A stretch of DNA of 64,000 bases from Sphyrna mokarran. Its lineage: Eukaryota. Of this stretch, positions 12,881 through 24,730 are shown piece after piece. The stretch covers positions 75,454,001 through 75,518,000 of the forward strand of contig JAGIQG010000005.1 in assembly GCA_024679065.1 (NCBI GenBank). Direction: 5' to 3'. The position numbers and the translations under genes are program-made. The first letter of the stretch is position 1. Each line of letters opens with the position of its first letter. The notes under the pieces were generated by a model. The model searched no databases, had not been told where the DNA came from, and saw nothing but the letters and a program-made list of their open reading frames with translations.

Positions 12881-13819
12881 TCTATCAATTTCTCTTTGAG
12901 CATTTCTCAAGTGAGTACCTTAACAAAAGTTATTTGCAATATCAACTGTGTGGCTTCATTCAATCATTTGACATACTCTTGCCTGGTATTTCAATAGAGT
13001 TGTTAACTCATTTATTTTAAAAGATATAGCAACTTTGTCAAATACTGGAGAAAGGAATGTAATGGGAATGTGTCATCACAATCATTTCAAGATCAGTATT
13101 AGTAACATGTACTTCATAAGAAATTAACTAACTACAACAAATGAATAGGTAATAATCACTGTTTTCATATTGCTTTTATATGGTGTTGACTATGGGACTT
13201 TACATACCATTGATGTTTTAAGCTCTCTCTTTTAATTTATGGTAAAACAGAATATCCTAATAGAATATCCTTCCATGAGGAATGATGAGATAATTTTGAA
13301 CTTTGCTTTGAGATAGGTCCATGTGATTTGATTTTCAAGGGAAAGATTCTCAAACTCAGAAGCCCAGAGAGGAAGATTGAAACAGTTACTGCTATGTGAA
13401 GCAACAGAGGAAAAGACAATTTTGTGTTAGCTACCAAATAGAATGCTATTTTTCTATTCGAGGAGTTGGGGTGATTTAAAGACCAAGGAGATCCATAGTG
13501 GGTCATGCATCTGGAAATCAATTTAAGGATACTTAGAAGGCAAAGTGAAAAGGACTTCCAAAGGACACAACAGGATTTGCCCTAGTATGGCAGGGAGAAA
13601 GGAAACTGCTGGAAAGCTGGAAGGAGTGTGGGACTTAACCTACCAAATTACATCTACTGCTAGAATGGCATACTATACAAGCTAATCACAAAGTATTATT
13701 GAGTTTAATAGTTAATGGGGAAGTAACATTTCTACAGTTTGATATACTAGTTGCATAAGTATTCTTTAGTCCATGTTGATTGAAAATATGAAATCTTGTT
13801 AGATTCTACTAGATGCTTG

Positions 13820-14170
13820 GAATCAGAGGTTTACAGCATGGAAACAGACCCTTTGGCCCAACTTGTCTAAACAACCCTTTTTTTTTTTAAACCGATAAGC
13901 TAGCCCCAATTGCCCATGTTTGGCCCATATCCCGATATACCCATCTCACCCAAGTAACTGTCTAAATCTTTTTTGAAGACAAAGATTGTACCCATCTCTA
14001 CCAGTACCTCTGGCAGCTCACTCAACACCTTGTGTATGAAGAAAATTCCCCTTTGGACCTTTTCGTATCTCTCCCCTCTCATCTTAAACCTATGCCCTCT
14101 AGTTTTAGACTCCTCTACCTTTAGGAAAAAATGTTGACTATTTCGCTGATCTATGCCTCTCATTATTTGA
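13820..14170 (-). mobile_element. CR1/HER1 LINE 3' end
   Basis: ORF MRGIDQRNSQHFFLKVEESKTRGHRFKMRGERY... plus the conserved tail ttgggccaaagggtctgtttccatgctgtaaacctct. Confidence 0.9.
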
Positions 14171-14514
14171 TATGAAGAGATGTGAATTTCTAAGTTATCA
14201 ATCTCTACAGAGATTATGATGATGATTTTGCAGATTGAGACAAGCTTGACTAGATTTGAATGAATTGAAATAGGGCATACCTACTTTTCAAAAATCAGCA
14301 CATGAACTTTGTTATAATTGATAATGAAAATAGAAGAATTGAAGGAAAGAGCATAGGTAAAAACTGCAAAAGACATTGAAACCAAAGAACAAATGAATAT
14401 CATGCACATATTTTAGATGTAGAAGATGAAGATCTGTTGCTGCTAACATGGACAAAATGAAAAATGAGATCTAGAATAAGGATAGCGAATGGGAATCTTT
14501 CAACATCAGCAGAT

Positions 14515-16100
14515 GCAAAATTATTAAATGATTCATCTCTGCTTCCTCCTGACGTCCTTAGCATCACACAAGTCAGTCTACAGCTAATTTGATTCACTCC
14601 AAGTGCAAGAAGTAATGTGAAGGTACTGATATGGAAAGGCTATTTGCAACATGCCAACAATCAGACTGAAAACTTCTGCTCCAGGATGCCACAATCTGTT
14701 CCAGTACAATCACAACACTGGCATCGACCCAGGAATATGGAAAATTGCTAGATAAATCCTTTTCACAAAAAGCAAGAAAAATTCAATTTGTGCAATTTTG
14801 ATGCATCAATCTACCCCCAATCACCAGCAAGGTGTTGGAACACATCATTGACAATGCTCTTAAGTGACACTTATTTAGTCATAATCACTACAATGAGGCT
14901 CAGTTTGAGTTCTGCCTGAGACACTTGGCTCCTGACCTCATTACAGCCATTGGTCTAAACATAGACAAAAAGTGTTGAACCCTAAAGGTGAGAGTCTCTG
15001 TTCTTGACATCAAGGCAGCATTGGACTGTGTATAGTATCAAGCTTGCTCAGCAAAACTGGAGTCAATGGGAAAGGGAAAACTCTCCATTGGTTAGAGTCA
15101 TACCTAGTACAAAGGAAGATGGCTGTGATTCTTGAAAGTCTATCATCTTATTCCCAGGACATCACTTCAGATGTTTCTCAAAACAATGTTCTAGGCTTTA
15201 GTTGCTTCATCAATGACCTTCCCTTCAGCATAAATAATTGTGGGTATATTCGTTTATTGCACAACGTTCAGCAGCATTTCTGAGTTCTCAAATACTGAAG
15301 CAGTCCATGGCCTTATGCGACATTCAGACTTGGGCTCATAAGGGACAATAACATCTGTGACAATAACATTTGCCATATAAATGCAAGAGAGAATCTAATC
15401 ATCTCCCCTTGACATTCAATGACATTACCACTACTGAATCCCCCACTATCAATATCATGGGATGTTACCATTGACCAGAAACTCAACTGGACCAGCCACA
15501 TGAATACTTTGGCTACAAAAGCAGGTCAGAGGCTAGGAATTGTGTGGTAAATAATTCACTTCCTGACTCTCCAAAGTCCATCCACCATCTACAAGGCACA
15601 AGTCAAAAATGTTATGGAATACTCTTCACCTGCCTGGATGAGTGTAGCTCCAACAACACTCAAGACACTTGAGGCCTATCAAGACAAAGTGAGTCTGTTT
15701 GATTGGCATCCCATCCACCACCTTTAACATACAATTCCTTTGCCACTGACAAACAGCAGCAGCGTGTCATTTACAAGATGAATTGCAGCAACTTATCAAA
15801 GTTCCTTCGACAGCACTTCTAATGTCATGACCTTTACCATCTAGAAAGGCAAGGTAGCAGACATATGGCAACACTACACCTTCAAGTCACTCAATATCCT
15901 GACTTGGAAATATATCACATTCCTTCACTGTTGTTATCTCTGTATCTTGGAACTCCCTCCCTGACAACACAGTATGTTCCCACATCACATTAACTACAAC
16001 GATTCGAGTAGTGGTTCATTATCACTGGGGAAATTAGGGATGGGCAACAAATGCTGGCGAAGCCAGCAATGCCCACATCCCATGAAAGAATAAATAAAAC
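14515..16100 (+). mobile_element. CR1/L2-group LINE, RT domain through 3' end, decayed
   Basis: Fragments GKTLHWLESYLVQRKMAV and FSCFINDLP. 3' end gggatgggcaacaaatgctggc...cccacatcccatgaaagaataaataaaa. Confidence 0.85.
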
Positions 16101-16211
16101 AAAATTAAAAGGAACATGACCCATGGATATTTTCTGTCATTTTGTGATATCGTAAACTGAAACATTGAACTCTGACAGACTTCTTAACCACAATGAGGTG
16201 TGAGAGTGCAG

Positions 16212-16947
16212 AGATGTTTCCTTAGAGCAAATTACTTTCAAATATTCCTTCAAAGTTGATTTAAGACCAACTGTAGCCAAATTTACTTTAATCCCATTTG
16301 TAAATATTTTCATCACAGGACTCTACTATATTGTAAATGATTTTTGAAAAGCCATAAAGGGAATCCCATATTTTATTCAGAAAAAAAATCTACCTATTTA
16401 ATATGTACAAAATCTTGTTTGTTTGTGTTGCCTCATGTGCATATAGAAAATGCATTCCTCACCCCATCACAGTGCAATGGTTTCATAGTTAATTGCAACA
16501 TCCATTGAAAATCAGTCATTTTCAATACCAGTACCCACCTGGTACTGGTGGGAGTACCAGGGTCAAACCTAATTATTTCCAATTAATCAGATTTTTTTTT
16601 CTTTTTAGCCTAATCGAAGATCAATTTCTTGAAACAATTCAGAGAATGACTGATTTTCAATGGATGTTGCAATTAACTATGAAACCATTGCACTGCGATG
16701 GGGTGAGGAATGCATTTTCTATATGCACATGAGGCAACACAAACAAAGATTTTGTACATATTAAATGGTAGATTTTTTCTGAATAAAATATGGGATTCCC
16801 TTTATGGCTTTTCAAAAATCATTTACAATATAGTAGAGTCCTGTGATGAAAATATTTACAAATGGGATTAAGGTAAATTTGGCTACAGTTGGTCTTAAAT
16901 CAACTTTGAAGGAATATTTGAAAGTAATTTGCTCTAAGGAAACATCT
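16212..16947. repeat. Long inverted repeat, arms 16212-16520 and 16645-16947, ~124-nt spacer
   Basis: agatgtttccttagagcaaatt...atcagtcatt is the reverse complement of aatgactgat...aatttgctctaaggaaacatct, with only a few substitutions and indels. Confidence 0.97.
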
Positions 16948-18094
16948 TAAAACAAAAACAAATGCATTGAGTTAACTATATTTATTTGTTGGGTAAAATA
17001 GCTGTTTGGATATGATGATAGGAAGCATCTTAAACATTTATTTTTAGTGGTTTTAGTATGTGTGGTATTGGGGCTTTTTCCAAATAAAGGATGCAAGCAT
17101 AATAAGTGAAAATTCTAATCTTTGTTGGCAGTGTTGCCACAGCTCCTCAGATATGATTTCTGCGTTTATTTAAAAAGGGATCAATGCTAGCACAGTGGTG
17201 ATTCAAAAAAATTATCCAGATGCATTGCAGCCCTAAATGGCACAGCAATTCCAACTATTCACTAGCATATATTCTGATGGCAGAACATCCTACATGCTCT
17301 TCACGCATTATTTTCTTAAAGAACCAATTTTAAAAAAATGAAGCACAATTGGTTGGAGACCCACTAAACAGAGCACGTAAAAACCAGTTTCAGTGAAACT
17401 GTGGGCTACTCCAAATTCTGGAAGAGGATAACCTAATCAGGAATGCCACTAATCCTGGAAATTTGAAAACATTTTTAAACTTGCAGTTAGAAAAGATATT
17501 GAACAAGACATTCCACTTCCAATTGACACCATATTACAAAACGTTAGAGAATTCCACAATCATGAGTGAAGAGGCTCCTCTGCTGCACTCAGCTGGAAGT
17601 CTTGCTTCACTGCAACCTACTCTGGAGTCTGCTAACCCAAGAAGTTTATACAATTCCCATCACATGAACCAACTCCAAGTTAGTCTTTTTTTTAAAAAAC
17701 AAAAAATATAGGTTTCAGCATAATGCAGAAAGTACAAGGAACTAAATAATTTCAACTGCTTTCAAATGATGCAACCCTGAACCTAGGAGTTGTCTGTTCA
17801 TACCAAAACATCTGGATTTAGTGGAAACTCAGAACAAGGAACATGAATTGAAGCTTTCAGGCATTTTCTCCTCAAAATTTTTGCTTCTCTAAGTCGCAAT
17901 AGGAATTTAGGAGCGAGAAATTCCGGATCATAAATATTGTGATTGCTTAGCACTGTGCAACTAGCTGATAGTTTGTAGGATATATAAAAAACCTCAAAAT
18001 TCTCCTCTACAAAGAGACTCTAGTTACAGCATTGATCTAAAGACATCAATGTTGTGGTACCTCACTCAGTTACATATCATGACATGAGCCTCAA

Positions 18095-19410
18095 TACAGT
18101 GACTCACAGCACTAAGGATGCAGGTTCAATTCCAGCCTTGGTGACTGTGTAGATTTTACATTTTTGCCCCATGTCTGCTCCAGTTTCCTCCCATAGCCCA
18201 AAAGATACAACCATAGAAAACTACAGCACAGAAACAGGCCTTTTTGCCCTTTTTGGCTGTGCCAAACCATTTTGGTCTCACCGACCTGCACTTGGACCAT
18301 ACCCCTCTACACCCTTCTCATCCATGTACCCGTCTAAGTTTTTCTTGAATGTTAAAAGTGAGCCTGCATTTACCATTTCATCTGGCAGCTCATCACACAC
18401 TCCCACAACTGAGAAGCCCCCCTAATATTCCTTTAAACTTTTTTCCCTTTACCCTTTACCCATATCCTCTAGTTTTTTTTCTCCTCTAGCCTCAGTGGAA
18501 AAAGCCTGCTTGCATTCATTCTATCATAATTTTATACACTTCTATCAATTCTCCCTTCATTCTTCTACACTCCAGGAAATAAACCAATTCAACCTTTCTC
18601 TGTAACTCAGTTTCTCAAGTCCTGGCAACAAGGTCATTGTAAACCTTCTCTGCACTCTTTCAACCTTATTAATATCCATCCTGTAATTAGGTGATAAAAA
18701 CTGCACACAATACTCTAAATTCAGCCTCACCAATGTCGTATACAACCTCATTGTAACATTCCAACTCTTATATTCAATACTTTGATTTATAAAGGCCAAT
18801 GTACCAAAAGCACTCTTTACAACTCTATTTATCTGTGACACCGTTTTTAGGGCATTATGTATCTGTATTTTCAGATCCCTCTGTTCTACTGCATTTTTCA
18901 GTGTCCTACCATTTATCTTGTGTGTTCTATCTCGGTTTGTCCTTCCAAAGTGTAATACCTCACACTTGTCTGCATTAAGCTCCACCTGCCATTTTTCAGC
19001 CCATTTTTCTAGTTGGCCCAAATCTCTTCGCAAGCTTTGAAAACTTTCCTCACTGTCCACTACTCCTCCAATCTTTGTATTATCAGCAAATTTGCTGATT
19101 TACTACATTGTCATCTATATCAATGATCTGGATGATAAACAATAGATCCAGCACTGATCCCTGTGGCACACCACTAGTCACAGACCTCCACTACCACTTG
19201 CTGGCTTCTTCCCTTGAGCCAATGTCTAAACCAATTTAATACCTAGCAACTGAACCTTACAAGTTAGGTGGATTGGCTATGCCTAATTGTCCCTTAGTTT
19301 CTCAGGATGTGTAGGTTAAGAGGAGGAGCGGGGTAAATAGGTAGATTTACAGGATCGAACCTGGGTCAGAAGCTGTTGGAAAGTTGATGGGCCAAATGGC
19401 CTCTTTCTAA
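18095..19410 (+). mobile_element. HE1/V-SINE split by a CR1 insertion (pieces 18095-18206 and ~19260-19410)
   Basis: tRNA-like B box ggttcaattcc and V-domain (gtttcctcccatagcccaaaagat). Sequence resumes at gttaggtggattggctatgcctaattgtccc and ends in the LINE-derived tail gatgggccaaatggcct. Confidence 0.8.
18207..19245 (-). mobile_element. CR1/HER1 LINE 3' ~1 kb
   Basis: 167-aa ORF ...LEKWAEKWQVELNADKCEVLHFG...LEYCVQFLSPNYRMDINKVERVQRRFT. KFADNT motif upstream, CR1 tail present. Confidence 0.95.
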
Positions 19411-19969
19411 CAGACAGTAATGCAACTTTTCATTCCTTCAAGGAAGCAGGGTAAAATTATAGTCATATCCTCACTAATGTAGGTCATTACAAAGTAAGGA
19501 GGAACCTAGCCAATGAATTGCCTTCTCATAAAAAAGTTAATTCTGGGCATACCAGCAATTAAACACAACTCACACGCTGTACTGGGGTTATGTATACATT
19601 GAAAATGACTACACTAAATCATTAAAGACCATTCAGGGAGGGTCTTAAGAATCATATACAAATTCATCATCTTTTAAATAGGTTAACTACTTGAAACCTT
19701 CCCTACAGTTCAGGAACCTCATCAAGGAGACTCAAAGCAAACTTTAGAATGTGCCATGAAGTTCATGCGAAAACCAAGATACAAAAGGGTACTGGAACAA
19801 CAAATAAAAAAGATTTTGAATGGGAAGGGTCTTCACAAGAGAGAAATATCAAATTCTCACAAAAGGAAACTTGGTTAGAATAGCATCCTGAGTAATTACC
19901 ATCACATCCTCATGGTAAAAACTATTTCAATAGTAAATCAAAATTCCTTCAGTGCAGGTGGTAGTCATT

Positions 19970-20220
19970 TGGTCTATAGAGCCCACACCAACCAGAATCC
20001 CACCCAAGCCCTATTCTAATAACCTTATATATTTACCACGCTAATCCCTCATACTGGGGTCAACAATTTAGCAATGGTCAATCAACCTACCCTGCTCATC
20101 TTTGGATTATAGGAGGAAACTGGAGCACCGGGAGGAAACCCATGCAGATATAGAATTCTTACAGTACAAGAGGCCATTTAGCCCATCGAGTCTGTACTGA
20201 CCACAATCTCACTGAAGCCC
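19970..20220 (-). mobile_element. HE1/V-SINE fragment plus a second tail fragment
   Basis: ggaggaaactggagcaccgggaggaaacccatgcaga (reverse V-domain) and ggccatttagcccatcgagtctg (reverse tail). Confidence 0.75.
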
Positions 20221-21264
20221 AATGAGTCGTATAGAGAGTTATTCCCTTTTCTGTTAGTCTGAAAGTCACAACATGGTCCTTAGTTATTTTTCAAATATAT
20301 GTAAACACAAAGAATTGCAGGTTATCTTAAGCCTACAATCATGCAATAAAGATCATGGCTGATGTGATCACCACTAACTCCACTTTCCTGCCTGTCTTCA
20401 TAATCTTTGATAAACTTGGGGATCAAAATCTGACTCAGCCTTAAAGATATTTAATTGCCTGTTGTACAAACTTGCACTCAAAATAAATTGGAGTGCCCAT
20501 GCATAATTTCTAGTTTAGATTAAAAGATAGATCAGTGAATTTTTATTAAAAAATATAGACCAGAATTTTTTTTTCCCATCCTGAGGTATGTGTATGCTGT
20601 GCAGAGGGAAACAGTGAGGGTGGGGAGGTGGAAATCAACTACAGCTGATGTAAAGGATAGATGAGGGAATAGAAAAAAAATGGGAAAAGTAATGATCAGA
20701 GACAGGGGCATATGGGAGGGAAAAGAGGCAACAGGGATATGGGGGATAGAGGGGAGAAGGATAGATGGAGAGAGATTGGAACACTAGACAGGCAAGTCAA
20801 CATGGTACTTGAAGATGGGAAGCACTGGGGTTGATCAATTAATTGGCAAGGGTGAGAGCAACAAGCAGCATGTCAATTTTCCAGGAGGAAACGGGCGTTA
20901 TAATGGGCCAAGATCAATCTCTCTTCCCAGTGGAGAGGGCTTGGATCAGTTACCAGAAGGATTTTGGTGGGGAAAGTGTGGTGGAAGAGATATGGAGAAA
21001 CAGCAGCACCCTAGAAGTACAGGAAGGTCAAAGGTGGAGATAGCAACAGTGATATTCAGTTTGGGAGGAAAGTAGATTTGAACGTTTATAAATACCATGG
21101 CAAGTGAGGCTGGTAAAATGATGGGAATGGAAAAAGGCTATTTCCAAGGACAGAACAAAATGCTTATCTGAAAAAAAGTGATGGGGTGTTGGGAAGCAGA
21201 TTTTTTTAAGCTTCACCATTTTATTTTGCAACCACTAAACGTAGAGGCACAGTACCACAACACC

Positions 21265-21757
21265 TATTATAGAAAGGATATTATTAAAGTAGAAAAAGAG
21301 TGCAGAAAAGATTTACTAGGATGTTACTGGTTCTTGATGGATTGAGTTATAAGACTGAAACTTTTCTCTGGAACATAGGATGCTGAGGGGTGATCTTATA
21401 AGGGTCTATAAAATAATGAGGGTACAGATTAGCTAAATAATCAATCTTTTCCCAAAGTTAGGGGAGTCTAAAACTAGAGAGCACAGGTTTGAGGGGGGGG
21501 GGGAGAGATATAAAGGTGTCCAGAGGGGCAATTTTTTCCACACAGAGGGTGGTGAGTATCTAGAACAAGCTGCTAGAGTTAGTAATAGGGGCAGGTACAA
21601 TTTTTCTTTTTAAAAAGCATTTAAATAGTTGCATGGGTATGATGGATATAGAGGGGTATGGGCCAAGTGTGGGCAATTGGGATTAGATTAGAGGTTTTAA
21701 AAAGGGCAGCATGGACAAGTTGGGCCAAATGGCCTGTTTCCATGCCATAAACCTCTG
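21265..21757 (+). mobile_element. CR1/HER1 LINE 3' fragment (same subfamily as 13820-14170)
   Basis: gagtgcagaaaagatttactaggatgtt (RVQKRFTRML) through the tail gacaagttgggccaaatggcctgtttccatg. Confidence 0.9.
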
Positions 21758-22229
21758 AGATCAACATACAAGATCTTCTCATGACTAGCATCTAAGGTGC
21801 CTCTAACTTGATGAAAAGGTGTAAACAAAAGCATCAGAGTCCATTAGCCATTGTCTAAGATTCAACAAAGCCTGATTAGTACTGCACCTTTCGCATTCAC
21901 TTGGACATCTGCCACATTTATCTTTTATGCTTCAGCTTGTGCATATGATTCTTCTATCACTTAGCTCTCACCTTGACAAGGATCTCAAAACCTCAACTGA
22001 ACCTAGGCAGCAAAAGCAAATAGAAGTAGCGCAGGGAATGAACCAGTAAAATGGTTGAGCTGGGAGTATGGAATTGGAGGTGCTGATGAGGCAGGCAATA
22101 AAACTGATAGCCAGGTTGTAATCAATAGGAAGTATCTAATGAAGGGTGCAGGGGGTAGTGGTTGCAGCTTAGAGACTTTTCTAGTCAGAGAATATTTAGG
22201 ACGTGGATGCCCCATTAGCTCAAGTAAAG

Positions 22230-23245
22230 GATTAACAAAAACAGAAAATGTTGGAAAATCTCAAATCTGACAGCATCTCTGGAGAGAAGAAAGCCAATGT
22301 TGAGTCTGGATGACCCTTCATCAGCACTCAGGTTAAGAGGCCAGTGTGTGGGATCCAGACAGAGGGATATAGTGCTGGAGGTGGGTGAAAGGATGTACTG
22401 AACTGGGACAAGACTCCTGCCTAAAGGAGTAAGCACAGAGACAAAGGCAGCAGGAGAAGAGTTCAGCATCATGTTGTACCTGAAATTCATTGAGGTGAGA
22501 ATGAAAGGGTATGAAGCAGAGTCCTTTGCTGAGTACAGTACACTCTACCTCAGAAAGGGGAAGGTCAGAGGGTATGGTGGATAAGCAGCAAAAGCTGGGG
22601 TTAGGATGATGGGGTCTGAGGACAGGAGGTGGAAGGTCCTGGATGGGTGTTAGTATTGAAGAATTGTTGAATTGCATTCCTTAACATAAGGTTTGTTAAT
22701 TCTTTGTCTCATCCAACATATTAAGTGAAACCAGGAACCAGAATGGCTCTCAGAAAGAATGAATTGGTGCTGCTGGAGAGAGAGATAGATGTGCATACGG
22801 CACCGAGCATGGATCTCAGGATGCAGCAAGAACAGCAGTGTGAGGAATGTTGCATGTCCTGGGGATGCCTGTAAACCTTGGTGGATTTGAAAGATAAAAA
22901 GGGTGGAACTTCAATCAGAATCCACATGGGCAAGTTGGAGACAGTTGCTGAGAAAGGAAATATGATTGTGAAAACAAGTATTAATAATCAAACACCAGGA
23001 GGGAAATGGAAAGCACAGGGTGAAAAGACAGAGAAATTCTGTTAAAGAGAAAAGCAGTACTTCAGGTTAGATATACTTGCAAGAGAAGTAGCAAATAATT
23101 AAACACTAAGATAAAAGCACAATACTGCAGACAGTGGAACCCGAAACAAAATCAGAAAAGGCTGCAAAATCTCAACAGGTCTGACAGCATCTGCAAAGAG
23201 AGAATAGAGCCAATGTTGAGTCAGGATGTCCCTTAGTCAGAGATG
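22230..23245 (-). mobile_element. Internally deleted Penelope-like element: pseudo-LTR, ORF N-terminus remnant, pseudo-LTR
   Basis: Direct repeats at ~23110-23245 and ~22230-22328, both with hammerhead-like cores. Between them is a decayed ORF, IPSDLPLSEVECTVLSKGLCFIP...LNEFQVQHDAELF, typical of the PLE region upstream of RT. Confidence 0.75.
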
Positions 23246-23634
23246 GAGAACTTTTACTTAAAAAGTTGTCGGAGTTTCAGATCACCATAGGCTTCTCTCC
23301 CGTGAGGGGAAGAACCAACTGGTGAAGATTTTAACCTGAAGATCACCACATCTCAGGTAAGGCGCAAGGCTAAGAAGAGGGGGGCCTTCAATTCCAGTAC
23401 TGGTTGAGGTTGTTATTGAACTTACACTGTCATCATTTGTGGTCAAACAGTCCAGCTAAAATGGGATTAATAAATCACTCTGGGACAACTAGGCAAGAAC
23501 TAAAACAGAAAGCTGTATCCTAAAGGCAGATAAACAGGCTGCAGCTCATATGACTAAATAAACAGGAAATAAGCCATCCCAAAGACAATGGACAAACATA
23601 CTTGTTTACCAAAGGAGAGCCTTAATCCTTTATT

Positions 23635-23700
23635 GGGGGGGGGGGGGGGGGGGGGGAAGAGAGAGACAGACAGAGAGAGAGAGGGAGAGGGAGAGGAGTG
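23635..23700 (+). repeat. G22 homopolymer followed by GA-rich simple repeat
   Basis: G run at 23635-23656, then gagagagacagacagagagagagaggg. Confidence 0.9.
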
Positions 23701-23703
23701 TGG

Positions 23704-24260
23704 CCTACAGGCCTGATGTAGAGATGCCGGCGTTGGACTGGGGTAAACTCAGTAAGAGTCTGGCAACACCAATTTTAAATCCAACTGATTTATTTGATCG
23801 TAAATCTGCAAGCTTTTGACTTTTGTCTTTGTCAGGCAAATGCAGTGTTCTGGTCTGCAATAGCACACATATCAGCAATCAGTGACTGTCTGTGCTGATA
23901 TGTGTGCTATTGCAGACCAGAACACTGCATTTGCCTGACAAAGACAAAAGTCAAAAGCTTGCAAATTACCTACAGGCCTGGTCATTGGGTACACACAATA
24001 AGAAGTCTGACAACATCAGTTTAAATCCAACCAATTTATTTGATAGTAAACTCGCAAGCTTTCCACTCTATGGCCTTCATCAGGCCATAGAGCAGTGTGC
24101 TGTTGGAGATCAGAACACGTCATTTGCCTGGCAAAGGCCATAGAGTCAAAAGCTTGCGAGTTTACTATCAAATAAATCAGTTGGATTTAAACCGGTGTTG
24201 TCAGACTTCTTACTGCATTTACCCCAGTCCAACGCCAGCATCTCTACATCATTGGGTACA
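23704..24260. mobile_element. Composite of two palindromic Penelope pseudo-LTR mini-elements
   Basis: Outer inverted repeat 23714-23842/24121-24251, perfect 71-bp hairpin 23807-23877/23893-23963, and 12-bp duplications cctacaggcctg and tcattgggtaca. Confidence 0.85.
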
Positions 24261-24630
24261 TACCCAGAGATCAGTGTGGCAGCACCTGATTGGACTCTTA
24301 TTGATCAGGCTGATGAAGCCCTGATTGACAAGAACTAGAAGCTGTCCATAAAGGACACAAAACCAAGCTCTCTGGCACTCTGACCCCATGAATGGGCTAC
24401 AACAGTGATCGTCGCCAGCAATGACCAATACAGGAAAGCTGCCACACCCGAGAAGGAAGGAAGGCCACAGCTAAAATGCCAGACCAGATTAAGCAGAGGG
24501 TTACTTGGAGCAGCGCATAAAGGCCAATATCTGCCTGGGTACTTGCCAGTCAAAGTTAAGTCAAGTCCGATTTCCACTAGCCTTCGGTGTTGTCATGAGG
24601 ACTTCACATAAACAGCCCAGCTCTAATTAT

Positions 24631-24730
24631 GCTCTGACAAAGGGTCATCTAGACTTGAAACATTAGCTCTATTCTTTCTCCAGGGACACTGTCATGCCTG
24701 CTTCAGATTTTCTACTATTTTCTGTTTCTA
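24631..24730 (+). mobile_element. Solo Penelope pseudo-LTR with decayed hammerhead motif
   Basis: gct-CTGAcaA-a-gggtc atcta gactt-GAAA-ca-TT-agc followed by a PLE tail. Same family as 22230-23245. Confidence 0.7.

Noticed and set aside
16212-16947. Assembly fold-back artefact as the explanation of the long inverted repeat
   Set aside because: The arms differ by substitutions (including a CpG-type change) and indels, and the spacer is unique sequence. Not fully excluded without reads.
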